Shown here one piece after another: positions 1 to 11,970 of a stretch of DNA of 64,000 nucleotides. The stretch comes from an uncultured delta proteobacterium (GTDB lineage Bacteria; Desulfobacterota; Syntrophia; Syntrophales; UBA2185). Each line of letters opens with the position of its first letter. Position 1 is the first letter of the stretch. The notes below the pieces were generated by a model, which was not told the DNA's origin, did not search any database, and saw only the letters and a program-made list of their open reading frames with translations. Made by a program: the position numbers and the translations under genes. The stretch is from assembly GCA_963729715.1 (NCBI GenBank), contig CAVSPA010000005.1, positions 64,001 to 128,000 of the forward strand, given 5' to 3'.

Positions 1-72
1 GAAAACTAAGACCAACTTCACAATGGGCAAACATCTTAAACCGGCTAAAAAAATTGGGTGGGTCGCCGGTTA

Positions 73-546
73 TTACTGAAGTCCTTTAACTGCGCCGGGG
101 AAACAGCATTCCCACTTTGGCTGGCCATCTTCTTCATTACGAAGTTTCATTGTCATATTGCCCTTGCTGATTTCTGTAGCTATGATAGAGGAACCAAATT
201 TCTTGCCTCTGACCATAACGCTGTCACCGGCCATAAATTTAATCTTCTGATTTTCAATGAACCACTTGGGTCCCATATAAACAGTATAAGCATTACCCTG
301 GTCTGTCTTGAACTTCATCTCCAGACCACCTTTCACTCCGGCCATCTTCCCCATTGCGACTACTTTGCCGGATTCAACCACGATAGCCTCGGTTCCTGTA
401 AAGCCTGATTCGGCTGTAACAGTTCCGGGAAGCCCAATAGTCCATGCACCCCTTGATACGCTAGGTGATTTCTGAGCAAATGCCACTGGGACAAACATCA
501 TACTAATTGCAACAACTACGACAATCCCTATTGCCAATCTCCGCAT
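73..546 (-). CDS. Exported OB-fold-like hypothetical protein
   Basis: ATG at 546 after AAGGAGG; signal-peptide-like N-terminus (MRRLAIGIVVVVAISMMFVPVAFA); VYMGPKWF...GDSVMVRG...LRNEEDGQPKW pattern recalls small exported OB-fold proteins. Confidence 0.6.
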   Translation of the reverse strand: MRRLAIGIVVVVAISMMFVPVAFAQKSPSVSRGAWTIGLPGTVTAESGFTGTEAIVVESGKVVAMGKMAGVKGGLEMKFKTDQGNAYTVYMGPKWFIENQKIKFMAGDSVMVRGKKFGSSIIATEISKGNMTMKLRNEEDGQPKWECCFPGAVKGLQ

Positions 547-1067
547 AGCTTCCTCCTTAAGATAGTTAAATAAATTGTTTGGACCCACCCTCTTTTTTTG
601 AGCTTAATGCTTTTATCTACAGAAGATTTACCCTGCTGTCAATAAACGGTTTGCTTGAGGTTCATGATAAAATGATATCTTGAAGCGTATATTAATGCAT
701 AAATTACGTATTTCAATAGTGGTTTAATAGACGTATAGTAGTAGGCTAATACTACCATGGTGGAGACGCAGAAATACACCCGCAATTCTGTCCGAAATAG
801 CCCCCATGAGTCGTGCCATTATATGTTTATTGCTTGCCGCCTTTTCTTCCCACTCAAGTCAGAGGTAAAGAACCCCGTGCTTCCGCACGGGGTATCCAGG
901 GTTTGATTTTCATGAAATCTTGATTAGCCGCAGGTACGTGCGTACTTAAGGCTGCAGGGATTTTTCTGTTGCATCCTTGCAAATTAAATTTGTATAGAAG
1001 GCAGAAACCTTCAATCGAGTATATGCCGCGTGAGGAAAAGAAATGGTGAAGTCGTTGATTAGCCTGG

Positions 1068-1775
1068 ATGGGAGAGATGATGGATAAGAGACCATCAATC
1101 ATAGGGAGGATGTTCGATAGAATTGCGCCTACCTACGATCTGCTCAACACGATTCTGTCTTTATCTCTTGATAAAGCATGGAGAAGGACGGCCATAAATC
1201 TCCTGGAGATCCGTGCCGGTGACACAGTTCTCGATATAGCGACCGGCACCGGTGACCTCGCCCTTCCCGCCTCTGCTGGCGGCGTAAACGTCATAGGCAT
1301 CGACCTCTCCAAGCAAATGCTCCTGCGTGCCCTTGGGAAGGCCGATCGGCAGGACCTGCGTACACGCTACTCCGTGGTGCGGGGTGATGCCCTTTCCATG
1401 CCCTTCCGCAACGAGACATTTAACTCGGCCATGGTGGCTTTCGGTATAAGGAACATGAATAATCTGGAGGCTTTCTTCGCGGAGATACACCGGGTATTGT
1501 GTATCACCGGCCGTTTTTCCGTACTCGAGTTTTCCCTGCCGGAAAGTTCGCTCTTCAGATGGATATATGGGGCTTACCTGACATATGCGGTGCCCATAAT
1601 AGGCGGTCTGATTTCCGGCGACTATGATGCCTACCGGTATCTGCGGGACTCAGTGAGGGGGTTCCCTGTTCCTAAGGCACTGGAGGACATGATTAAAGGG
1701 CAAGGTTTCCGAGTTGTCCGCTCAAGGTCCGTCTTCGGGGGCATATCCCATCTTTACCTGATAGAAAAGCAATGA
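1068..1775 (+). CDS. ubiE: UbiE/MenG family demethylmenaquinone methyltransferase
   Basis: MFDRIAPTYDLLN, VLDIATGTGD SAM motif, AFGIRN, AYRYLRDSV; exact start among several Met uncertain. Confidence 0.9.
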   Translation: MGEMMDKRPSIIGRMFDRIAPTYDLLNTILSLSLDKAWRRTAINLLEIRAGDTVLDIATGTGDLALPASAGGVNVIGIDLSKQMLLRALGKADRQDLRTRYSVVRGDALSMPFRNETFNSAMVAFGIRNMNNLEAFFAEIHRVLCITGRFSVLEFSLPESSLFRWIYGAYLTYAVPIIGGLISGDYDAYRYLRDSVRGFPVPKALEDMIKGQGFRVVRSRSVFGGISHLYLIEKQ

Positions 1776-1805
1776 TGAATTGTCGGAATTGTGGGCAAGC
1801 TTACG

Positions 1806-4154
1806 TCATTTCTCAAGGGCAAGCTTTAAGACCTCAAGCATATCATCTACGAAGTAAAGTTGCATATCCTTCTGGACTTTCGGGGGGATGTCCACCAGAT
1901 CCTTTTTGTTCCACTTGGGCAGGATTATTGTTTTGATGCCGGCACGATGAGCAGCCAATGCCTTTTCTTTAATGCCGCCGACAGGGAGTACCAGTCCCCG
2001 TAAGGTAATCTCGCCAGTCATGGCAAGGTCTTTCTTGACTGTCTTCCCGGTTAAAAGCGAGGCCAGTGCCGTAAGCATGGTAACGCCTGCAGACGGTCCA
2101 TCCTTCGGAATTGCTCCGGCGGGTACATGAATATGAATATCATTCTCTTCAAAAAAATCTACTGATATACCCAGATCGCTTGCATTGGCGCGAATGAAAC
2201 TCAAGGCGGCCGTGGCTGACTCCTTCATGACCTCTCCTAGTTGACCGGTTAATGTCAGACCCTTCTTCCCTTTCATGGCCGTTGCTTCGATAAAGAGAAT
2301 ATCGCCGCCTGTTGGCGTCCATGCAAGGCCTGTCGCCACGCCGGGTTTCGACGTCCGCGCGCTGACTTCGGACATGATGCGTACGGGGCCCAGATACTTG
2401 TGCAAATCCTTAACGGAGATGGATGCCTTTTTAAGTTCCCCTCCGGCCACCATGCTTGCTATCCCCCGGCATATCGTACCGATCTCCCTTTCAAGATTCC
2501 TCAGTCCAGCCTCCCGCGTATATCCTGTTATTATGAGCGTTATGGCACTCCTTGTAAAGCTGATCTGCTGCTGGGAAATACCATTGGCAGCTGTCTGCCT
2601 GGGGATAAGATAGCGCTCGGCAATTTTTACTTTCTCGTCAAGCGTATATCCAGGAAGTTCGATAACCTCCATCCTGTCACGCAGGGGAGGAGGGATCGTA
2701 TCGAGGATGTTGGCAGTGGTTATGAATATGACGTGGGAAAGATCAAAGGGCACATCCAGGTAGTGATCCATGAAGGAATAATTCTGCTCCGGATCGAGTA
2801 CTTCGAGAAGGGCCGACGATGGATCTCCCCGGAAATCACTGCCTACCTTGTCTATTTCATCGAGTACAAATACGGGGTTATTTGATTCGGCCCGCCTTAT
2901 GCCTTGGATAATACGGCCGGGAAGGGCTCCCACATATGTCCTGCGGTGTCCGCGGATTTCCGCTTCATCCCGCACACCCCCGAGAGCAATACGGACAAAC
3001 TTGCGACCCAGGGCATGGGCTATGGAAAGTGCGAGTGACGTCTTGCCTGTGCCGGGAGGCCCCACAAAACAGAGGATAGGTCCTTTGGAATCTGGTTTGA
3101 GTTTGCGTACGGCAAGATACTCTATGATGCGCTTCTTAGCCTTATCCAGGCCGAAGTGATCGTCATCCAGAATTTTTCTGGCCTTCTTGATATCGAGGTT
3201 GTCCTCCGTGCTTTCATTCCACGGGAGTGCGGTTATCCAGTCGAGATAGGTCAATGCAACAGTATACTCGGCTGAAGATGGATGCATGCGCGAGAGTCTT
3301 TCAAGCTCCCGCTCGGCCTCTTTCTTCGCTTCTGCAGGAAGATTTTTTTTCTCAATCTTGGCCCGGTATTCTGCGACTTCAACATTTGTTTCATCTGTCT
3401 CGCCCAATTCCTGCTTTATCGCCTTGAGCTGCTGACGGAGATAGTATTCGCGCTGACTCTTGTCAATATCGTCTTTCACCTGAGACTGAATTTTGTTGCC
3501 CAGTTCCAGAACTTCCAACTGGTGGCTTATGAGCCTCGTAACTTCCTTCAGGCGCTCTTTAACATCGAGTATTTCCAGAATTTTCTGCTTTTCGGCAGGC
3601 ACGGAATTTACGATTGAGGCAATCACGTCGGCAAGCACACTTGGAGAAGTGATCGCCTTGGCCATGGCGCCAAACTCCTGAGGCAGAACGGGTGACAATT
3701 TAACCATCCTGTCAAACAACCCGTTAAGATTTGCCATAAGCGCCTCTATCTCGATATCCTTTTCGACCTCATCTGCAACTACTTCCACCCGGGCCCGCAT
3801 GTAAGGCTTGCCGTCCACAAATTCCGTGATCTTAAATCTGCTCACGCCCTGCACGAGAAGGGTCGCCCCATTCTCGCCCGTTTTTGCCATCTTCACGATC
3901 ACAACACTTGTCCCTATTGTGTAAAGATCCTCGGCCTGGTTCTTGATCTCCGCCGGTGCTTTCTTGGACATGACGAGTCCCACGATACGGTCTGCAGCCA
4001 TTGCCTCATCAACGAGCGTCATAGTCTGCTCGCCAAATACCTCCAGCGGAAACACCATATTCGGGAATACGACGACACTGAATAACGGCACGAGCGGTAA
4101 AATGTCCGGTATCTTGAGAACTTTTAATTCATCAGTTGATTTTTCTTCTGCCAT
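1806..4154 (-). CDS. lon: ATP-dependent Lon protease
   Basis: LON N-domain, GPPGTGKT Walker [15 protein letters not shown] catalytic Ser motif; ATG at 4154 with GGAGG RBS. Confidence 0.97.
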   Translation of the reverse strand: MAEEKSTDELKVLKIPDILPLVPLFSVVVFPNMVFPLEVFGEQTMTLVDEAMAADRIVGLVMSKKAPAEIKNQAEDLYTIGTSVVIVKMAKTGENGATLLVQGVSRFKITEFVDGKPYMRARVEVVADEVEKDIEIEALMANLNGLFDRMVKLSPVLPQEFGAMAKAITSPSVLADVIASIVNSVPAEKQKILEILDVKERLKEVTRLISHQLEVLELGNKIQSQVKDDIDKSQREYYLRQQLKAIKQELGETDETNVEVAEYRAKIEKKNLPAEAKKEAERELERLSRMHPSSAEYTVALTYLDWITALPWNESTEDNLDIKKARKILDDDHFGLDKAKKRIIEYLAVRKLKPDSKGPILCFVGPPGTGKTSLALSIAHALGRKFVRIALGGVRDEAEIRGHRRTYVGALPGRIIQGIRRAESNNPVFVLDEIDKVGSDFRGDPSSALLEVLDPEQNYSFMDHYLDVPFDLSHVIFITTANILDTIPPPLRDRMEVIELPGYTLDEKVKIAERYLIPRQTAANGISQQQISFTRSAITLIITGYTREAGLRNLEREIGTICRGIASMVAGGELKKASISVKDLHKYLGPVRIMSEVSARTSKPGVATGLAWTPTGGDILFIEATAMKGKKGLTLTGQLGEVMKESATAALSFIRANASDLGISVDFFEENDIHIHVPAGAIPKDGPSAGVTMLTALASLLTGKTVKKDLAMTGEITLRGLVLPVGGIKEKALAAHRAGIKTIILPKWNKKDLVDIPPKVQKDMQLYFVDDMLEVLKLALEK

Positions 4155-4213
4155 GGAAACCTCCAAACTGAATTCCTTATTGACCCGTCCAACACGAATT
4201 ATTCCCCGTCTTA

Positions 4214-4657
4214 TCAGTCTCCCTGAATAGGTATTTTGAGAACTCTGTTGAGAGGCAGTTTTGCCATGCGTATCTGAAGAAGCCCGTCTGCGTACGTCGC
4301 TGTGATTGATTCGGTATCGATGGGCAGCGGCAGGGAAAGATTTCTTTCAAAGTAACCGTACGTTATTTCTGCAAGATGATATCTCGTGTTTCGCCCGACC
4401 GGCGTTTCCCTCTTCCCATAGATTCTCAGTACCCTGCGATGAACCTCCACATATAGATCCTCTGTCTTCACACCGGCAATATCTGTAACTATCATGATCT
4501 CATCAGGTGATTCATATATATCCACCTGCGGCCGCCAGACATTTTCGAAAACCGTAAAAGTCGAATTGATCAGAGAAAAAACCTCATCGATGCTCTTTCT
4601 TAATTCTGAACTGATATCTACGATGTCGTCCGTAAATCTTACTTTTATGAAACTCAT
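4214..4657 (-). CDS. Hsp20/alpha-crystallin small heat-shock protein
   Basis: [34 protein letters not shown]; directly upstream of lon. Confidence 0.9.
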   Translation of the reverse strand: MSFIKVRFTDDIVDISSELRKSIDEVFSLINSTFTVFENVWRPQVDIYESPDEIMIVTDIAGVKTEDLYVEVHRRVLRIYGKRETPVGRNTRYHLAEITYGYFERNLSLPLPIDTESITATYADGLLQIRMAKLPLNRVLKIPIQGD

Positions 4658-4888
4658 CTCCGTCTCCTTGCGGTCGTAGGTAAGAGAAATCATCTGGTTT
4701 TAAAATTAGCATTGATAAATATAGTTTGTAAAGACATTCTGTGCCGGGCTCTCCATAATTGTTTTTCTTCATTTTTCCCCGGCACCGTGCTATACAGCCC
4801 CGATCCGATAATCCATCTATTATTTGGAACGATGTAACAAGTCCAATAATATTCCCTGTGATCAAACAAAAACTTTTCGAGGTTTCTT

Positions 4889-5443
4889 ATGCTTCTCAAA
4901 CCCTGGACAATTATTTCAAGCCATGTTGACAAATCCTACCGGCTTTTCAACCTGCGACGTGATAGCGCCCGTTCTCCGCGTACAGGCGAAACGCACGATT
5001 TTTATATTCTCGAGTCGCCATCTTGGGTAAATATTATTCCCCTTACACCTGCGAAGGAGGTTGTATTGATCCGACAGTATCGTTTTGGCATTCGGGATAT
5101 GACCCTGGAAATCCCTGGCGGACTCATGGAACCGTCGGACTCACCGGAAGAAGCTGCACTGCGCGAACTGAGGGAAGAAACAGGCTACCGGGGAGAAAAA
5201 CTGATTCCCCTCGGGACAGTACATCCAAACCCCGCCATTCAGAACAATCTCTGCTATACTTTCCTTGCCGCAGATGTCTTTTCCGTAGGACAGCTGCTTC
5301 AGGATGATCGGGAGGACATAGAAGTGGTCCTCCAGCCGCTTTCAGAAATTCCCCGTCTAATCCGAGAGGGGACAATTTCTCATGCGCTGGTTATCGCGGC
5401 ATTTTACCGCTTCTACATGGAGTACAGGCCAGACATGAAATGA
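4889..5443 (+). CDS. NUDIX hydrolase (ADP-ribose pyrophosphatase-like)
   Basis: Nudix box EIPGGLMEPSDSPEEAALRELREETGY; RQYR motif. Confidence 0.9.
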   Translation: MLLKPWTIISSHVDKSYRLFNLRRDSARSPRTGETHDFYILESPSWVNIIPLTPAKEVVLIRQYRFGIRDMTLEIPGGLMEPSDSPEEAALRELREETGYRGEKLIPLGTVHPNPAIQNNLCYTFLAADVFSVGQLLQDDREDIEVVLQPLSEIPRLIREGTISHALVIAAFYRFYMEYRPDMK

Positions 5444-5457
5444 TTAAGAGGATAGGC

Positions 5458-5668
5458 ATGAACGATGTGCTAAAAAATCGTATCCGGGCGGCGCGTGGTG
5501 AAATCCCACCTGATCTGGTGTTAAAAGACGGCAAGGTGACCAATGTATTTACTTGCGAGGCCGTCGAAACAGATATGGACATCTCAACCCGTCATTCCTG
5601 AATTGAAGATCACGGATAGGGGGCTGGTGGACGTAGAGGAATTCAAACACGTGCCTCTATTTGTATGA
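5458..5668 (+). pseudogene. ade: Adenine deaminase relic: N- and C-termini joined out of frame, middle deleted
   Basis: 5458-5601 reads MNDVLKNRIRAARGEIPPDLVLKDGKVTNVFTCE (Ade N-terminus); 5588-5668 in another frame reads PVIPELKITDRGLVDVEEFKHVPLFV* (Ade C-terminus). Confidence 0.8.
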
Positions 5669-5707
5669 GATATACCCACCGCCCTGCAACCGAAGTTACC
5701 TGCTGGT

Positions 5708-7309
5708 CTAAATATCTTTGATGTCTTTCGTAAATTTCAATCGCCCTTCTTTGATCATGGCCTCCTTGTTTTTCATGATCCACGAAACGGTGACTTCGCT
5801 TTTTTTCATCCTGAGGAGCTGAGCCCCTATGGCTGCCTTCTTCGCTTCAAAGTCCTTGAGATCAAGCTTACCTCTTTCCTTGAACTTCACTATTACAACG
5901 TTTCCGTTGATGTCATAGACAGTGTCCGGATAAGGGTTCTTTTCAGAAAGCTGAAAGAGAGCAATACTCATGTCCCGAGAGAAGCCGACTTTCGGCATTG
6001 CGGAACTAGGCATAAATAGTCCCGTTTCTTCAACCTTCAGGCCCTTTTCCTGGGCGATCTTTGTGAGCACCTCTCCCTTCTTAAGGTGGTCAAGGATATC
6101 GATCGCGTCCTTCTTACACATGCGAGCGGACTCTTCTTCCAGGTATTGCTTCTCGACCTCCTTCTCGATTTCATTGAAAGCTGGGACATGGGCGGGTCTT
6201 CTATCAATAAGTTTGAGAACGTAACATGCCTTATCATCCGAGACTACGGTACTTATCTCATTTTTTTGAAGGCCGAAGGCTACTCTTGCAAAGTCCTGAA
6301 CCTGCCGGAATTCTTGGGGGGGATTTTTTGCACTGAAAAAATTTGTGCTGTTGACCTTGAATCCATTCTTCCCTGCGAATTCGTCAAAGTTTTCTTTTTG
6401 ATAAATTTCATCGTGGGCCTTCTTGGCTTCCAGGGAAGCCACGCGCATGCCATGGACTTGCTTCAATGCATCAACAATACCACTCTTGACTTCTGCAAAA
6501 GCAGCGACTGCGCCTCCCTTTTTCATAAACTTATCCTTGTTGCGGTTATAGTAATCGGTCGCTTCCGCATCAGATACCGTCACAGAGGACATAAAGTTCC
6601 GGCCTGGAAATGAGATGTATTTGATCTCTATCTCATCCGGAACGCTGAAGGCATTTTCATGTTCCTTCATATACGTCTCCAGATCGGCACGGCGAGAGCT
6701 GATCTTCTGCCTGTAACTCTTCGCTGAAAGGCTGAGATATTGTACATTAATCTTTTCATTCTGAAGCCGGTAAAGATCAAACACTTCTTTCTCTGAAACC
6801 TTGACAGCGCTCTGGATAATGTCTTCCAGTTTTACCGTTGTTATCAACATTCTTTGACTGTCTTCAAAATCGGTCGCCGTCATCTTGTTCTGGCGCAGGA
6901 GCTGATTATAGATCCTTTCGTCAAATACGCCGTCCCTTTGAAAAGCAGGAGTGGAGAGGATTGATCCCTTAATTTCTTCCTCCGAAACCTCTATGCCTAA
7001 GTCCTTAGCCTTTTGAAGGATAACGGCTTGATTAATGATGCTGTCATATGCCTGCTGCTTAAGATTCAGGCCCTTTAAAATATCATCCGTAAGCGCTCCT
7101 TTGTATTGCTCTCTGTAGGCATCAAGAAGCTTTTGGTAATTCTTATGAAATTCTGCATAGGGGATGACCCTGCCGTCGATCATGGCGATGGCTTCCGCCT
7201 TTTGCCTCCAACGGGTGGAGCCGAAATAAAAGATGAAGACAATAATAACCATTCCCAGTAGAATTTTCACGAGCCAGTTCTTGGCATGTTTCCGCATTAG
7301 ATCAAGCAT
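5708..7309 (-). CDS. ppiD: PpiD/SurA N-terminal-domain periplasmic chaperone
   Basis: MLDLMRKHAKNW plus one TM helix, SurA_N region, PAFQRDGVFD motif. Confidence 0.85.
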   Translation of the reverse strand: MLDLMRKHAKNWLVKILLGMVIIVFIFYFGSTRWRQKAEAIAMIDGRVIPYAEFHKNYQKLLDAYREQYKGALTDDILKGLNLKQQAYDSIINQAVILQKAKDLGIEVSEEEIKGSILSTPAFQRDGVFDERIYNQLLRQNKMTATDFEDSQRMLITTVKLEDIIQSAVKVSEKEVFDLYRLQNEKINVQYLSLSAKSYRQKISSRRADLETYMKEHENAFSVPDEIEIKYISFPGRNFMSSVTVSDAEATDYYNRNKDKFMKKGGAVAAFAEVKSGIVDALKQVHGMRVASLEAKKAHDEIYQKENFDEFAGKNGFKVNSTNFFSAKNPPQEFRQVQDFARVAFGLQKNEISTVVSDDKACYVLKLIDRRPAHVPAFNEIEKEVEKQYLEEESARMCKKDAIDILDHLKKGEVLTKIAQEKGLKVEETGLFMPSSAMPKVGFSRDMSIALFQLSEKNPYPDTVYDINGNVVIVKFKERGKLDLKDFEAKKAAIGAQLLRMKKSEVTVSWIMKNKEAMIKEGRLKFTKDIKDI

Positions 7310-7448
7310 TGCTTATTTCCTTATTTGTGATATTAGGCACAAATCTGTATTACAGCCGTTCGCAAAATGCAATACATTTTTAAAAAGTCGTTGATTAGGA
7401 AAGCGAAATACTGTATAGGAAGGTGTTTCGTGATAGGGTCGCGCATAA

Positions 7449-8516
<1,068 letters not shown>

Positions 8517-8688
8517 TTCCACACCTTTCGGAATATTCTAATTTTCAAATAGGACCAGGACAGATTATCATTTTGTGTCCGAAAGATGAAATCTATCACG
8601 ATTCCCGAAATATAAGTTGCCTCCGTTGCAGGGCCGGTTCGAGGGACAATTTCCCCGTCGTTGCCGCCCATATTTTTGCTGTAGAAAT

Positions 8689-9537
8689 ATGTTGCTTCCC
8701 AAGAAACATCAGCCGCTCATAATAGCATGCCTCCTGGTAGTTATCTCTCTCATCATATTATCTTACAGCGTGAAACAGCCGACGAGTGTCGGTTTTTTCA
8801 GGGAACTGATCCTGGAAACTGCCGCTCCATTAGCCGGTATGATAACCGTCTCTTTCAAGGATATTGCAGGCGTCTGGAAGAGGTATATACTTCTTGTGGG
8901 ACTGGAAGATGAAAACGGACGCCTGAAAAGGGATAACGCATTATTGATACAAGAAATAAATCGATACCGGGAAGGCTACCTCGAGAATATACGCTTGCAA
9001 AAACTCCTTTCCCTTAAAGAGAGGACCAATCATCATACGATAGCTGCGACGGTCATCGGCAAAGACCAGACCTCGATAGTCAAGACGATTTTGATTAACA
9101 AGGGAACGTCACATGGCTTGAGGCTCGATCTGCCGGTCATCGCTGACCAGGGGGTTGTCGGGAGGATTGTTGAGACGTCCGCCCATGTGTCGAGGGTCCT
9201 GCTTCTCATAGACGAAAATAGCAATAGCGATGCTCTTATTCAAGAAAGCAGGATACAGGGAATTCTTCAAGGGGCCGCTTCCCTTGGATGTTCTCTTAAA
9301 TACGTCCCGAAAACGGAAACTGTAAGCGTCGGAAATATAGTAGTTACTTCCGGGCTGTCCGGTCTCTTTCCCAAGGGCTTGCTCCTCGGCGTCGTGAAAA
9401 ACGTGGAGAAGACGGACAGCGGATTATTTCAGCAGATTGCTGTCGCTCCCTTCGTTGATTTTTCGAAGCTTGAAGAAGTGATGGTAATTGTGCTGGATAA
9501 AACTGATAATATAGGAAGAACCCGTAAACTGAATTAA
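8689..9537 (+). CDS. mreC: Rod shape-determining protein MreC
   Basis: TM helix, coiled coil, INKGTSHG, GVVGRI, TSGLSGLFPKG; ATG at 8689 chosen over upstream TTG. Confidence 0.95.
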   Translation: MLLPKKHQPLIIACLLVVISLIILSYSVKQPTSVGFFRELILETAAPLAGMITVSFKDIAGVWKRYILLVGLEDENGRLKRDNALLIQEINRYREGYLENIRLQKLLSLKERTNHHTIAATVIGKDQTSIVKTILINKGTSHGLRLDLPVIADQGVVGRIVETSAHVSRVLLLIDENSNSDALIQESRIQGILQGAASLGCSLKYVPKTETVSVGNIVVTSGLSGLFPKGLLLGVVKNVEKTDSGLFQQIAVAPFVDFSKLEEVMVIVLDKTDNIGRTRKLN

Positions 9538-9590
9538 GAAGGGCGTCTCCGTGTCCTGACTTTCTGCGGATGCCCCATAGGTAATAAGAA

Positions 9591-10103
9591 GTGACCTATT
9601 ATATATCATTGCCTTTTTTTTCTTTGGCGCTCATAGTTTCGCAGATGATGATTGAGGATATTGTCTTCTCCGGGAAAATAGCTGTGGAACTGTCCTTGAT
9701 AGTGGTAATATATGCAGGCTTCCGATTCGATGTGCTGAGAGGGGGAATTCTGAGCTTTATCCTTGGATTCATACGTGACTGCTTAACATGCCCGCTTTCC
9801 GGACTTTATACTCTCATATATGTGCTTGTATTTTTGATTTCAAAGCTCGCTTCTCTCAGGATATCGCCGGGACAGCCATTCTTGATTGCGAGTTTGACAC
9901 TTGTATGTGCGCTTTTTGAAGGCATGATAATCATTTTATTTCACCCGTTGTTATATGGGGGCGGCATTTCCACCCATGCAATTTTAGCTTATTTACCACA
10001 GATATTAATTGTCAGCGTCCTTAGCCCTGTTTTGTTTAGGGCCTTCCATTGGACTGAGGCGGCATTGAATGGCAGAGAATCACAGCCGGTTAAGCGGACA
10101 TGA
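9591..10103 (+). CDS. mreD: Rod shape-determining protein MreD
   Basis: Hydrophobic 170 aa between mreC and mrdA; GFIRD motif. Confidence 0.85.
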   Translation: MTYYISLPFFSLALIVSQMMIEDIVFSGKIAVELSLIVVIYAGFRFDVLRGGILSFILGFIRDCLTCPLSGLYTLIYVLVFLISKLASLRISPGQPFLIASLTLVCALFEGMIIILFHPLLYGGGISTHAILAYLPQILIVSVLSPVLFRAFHWTEAALNGRESQPVKRT

Positions 10104-11970
10104 ACCCGGCGATTTCAGAAAAAAGTTCAAGGTAACATTCGCTATTGTGTCTATCATGTTAGCGATCCTGACAATGAGGATGTGGCATCTTCAGGTAATC
10201 AGGGGAGATGAACTGACACAGAGATCGGAAAACAATAGCGTACGCTTGCGGAAAATTAAGCCCCTGAGGGGCGTGATCCTGGACACCAATGGTCAGGTTC
10301 TGGTCGATAATCAGCCATCATTTGACATCATTTTTGTGCCTAACCGCAACCGGAATATCGATGAGGCCGCATATAGGTTAAGGCAATTATTTGCTCAAAG
10401 ATCCCTCACGCTTTCGGCAGACCTGCCTGCCTTGGGGAAGAGAGGCTGGTTTCCGCCTGTCAAACTTGAGAAAAACATTTCAATGGAAAAACTTGCCATC
10501 GTGGAAACGCATGCCTCTGATTTGCCGGGCATAACCATTGATGTGGTGCCTATCAGACAATATTTAAATGGAGAAATGGTAGCCCATATAATAGGTTATA
10601 CTGGTGAGGTCAGCCGGGAGGAGTTGCAAAAGGACATGTCGGGTGATTTCAGTGTGGGTGATATTACGGGCAAAGACGGCTTGGAGAAACAGTTGGATCA
10701 GTATCTTAAGGGCAAGAGCGGAGCGGAGCAGGTCGAGGTGAATGTAATGGGCAAAGAGGTCAAAGTAATCGGCAAGATTGAACCTGTTTCCGGATATAAT
10801 GTTATTCTTACCATTGATGCCCAGCTGCAGAAGGTGGCCTGGGAGGCCCTTCAAGATAGAGCCGGATCGGTTGTTGTCATTGATCCCCGTGATGGCGCTG
10901 TCCTTGCACTTGCAAGCTCGCCGGCTTTTGATCCAAACCTATTCAACGGAGGAATCTCGGCGGAAGATTGGGACGATCTCTCGAATGATTCATCACACCC
11001 CATGGGAAACAGGGCCATCGCCGGTCAATATCCTCCCGGATCCACGTACAAGCTCATTGTGGCGGCCGCAGCCCTGGAAGAGGGATTGATCACACCGGAT
11101 ACAACGTTCAACTGCAACGGATCATTTCAGTTCGGCAACAGAACATACAAGTGCTGGCAGAAGCACGGGCACGGTAGGGTCAATCTGCATCGCGCCATCG
11201 TCGAATCCTGCGACGTATATTTCTACAATGTGGGCAAGCTTGTCGGCGTTGACAAACTGGCCGAATATGCCCGCAGATTCGGATTGGGCCAGCCAACAGG
11301 AATTGATCTTCCCCGGGAGAAGAGCGGCCTCATCCCGACCAAACAGTGGAAACAGCAGAGATTCAAAGAAACATGGCAGCTGGGCGAAACTATATCGATC
11401 TCCATCGGGCAAGGCTTTAATCTTGTGACGCCAATTCAATTGGTGAACGCCTATGCTTCATTAGCCAATGGAGGAACTATCTACCAGCCTCGGCTTGTAA
11501 AGCGCATCGAAACTGCCGATGGCCGGGTACTAAAGGCATTTGAACCTCAGCAAAAAGGCAGTATAGGCCTGAGCGAGAAGAACATTGAGATTTTGAAGTA
11601 CGGTCTATGGGGTGTGGTGAATGAAGGAGGGGGAACGGGTCACGCCCTGAAGAGAAGGGAAGAGGACGTCTCTGGAAAAACAGGCACCGCCCAGGTTGTA
11701 AGCATGCCGGATAATGAAAAAGGGCACAGGCGGAAATTCATTGCTTCTAAACACGGTGATCACGCTCTTTTTGTGTGCTACGCACCTTATAAGAATCCGG
11801 AAATAGCTATCGCCGTCATCATGGAGCATGCCGGCCATGGAGGCTCCGCAGCCGCTCCCATAGCAAGAAAGATAATCGATGCCTACTTTGAGCGTAAGAA
11901 TTCCGCAAATAAGAAGAGCCAGCCGCCGCTGACCATCAGCCAGAAATCGCAGGCAGGTGACAGCCGATGA
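10069..11970 (+). CDS. mrdA: Penicillin-binding protein 2
   Basis: PGSTYK (SxxK), SCD (SxD/N), KTGT motifs. Confidence 0.96.
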   Translation: MAENHSRLSGHEPGDFRKKFKVTFAIVSIMLAILTMRMWHLQVIRGDELTQRSENNSVRLRKIKPLRGVILDTNGQVLVDNQPSFDIIFVPNRNRNIDEAAYRLRQLFAQRSLTLSADLPALGKRGWFPPVKLEKNISMEKLAIVETHASDLPGITIDVVPIRQYLNGEMVAHIIGYTGEVSREELQKDMSGDFSVGDITGKDGLEKQLDQYLKGKSGAEQVEVNVMGKEVKVIGKIEPVSGYNVILTIDAQLQKVAWEALQDRAGSVVVIDPRDGAVLALASSPAFDPNLFNGGISAEDWDDLSNDSSHPMGNRAIAGQYPPGSTYKLIVAAAALEEGLITPDTTFNCNGSFQFGNRTYKCWQKHGHGRVNLHRAIVESCDVYFYNVGKLVGVDKLAEYARRFGLGQPTGIDLPREKSGLIPTKQWKQQRFKETWQLGETISISIGQGFNLVTPIQLVNAYASLANGGTIYQPRLVKRIETADGRVLKAFEPQQKGSIGLSEKNIEILKYGLWGVVNEGGGTGHALKRREEDVSGKTGTAQVVSMPDNEKGHRRKFIASKHGDHALFVCYAPYKNPEIAIAVIMEHAGHGGSAAAPIARKIIDAYFERKNSANKKSQPPLTISQKSQAGDSR

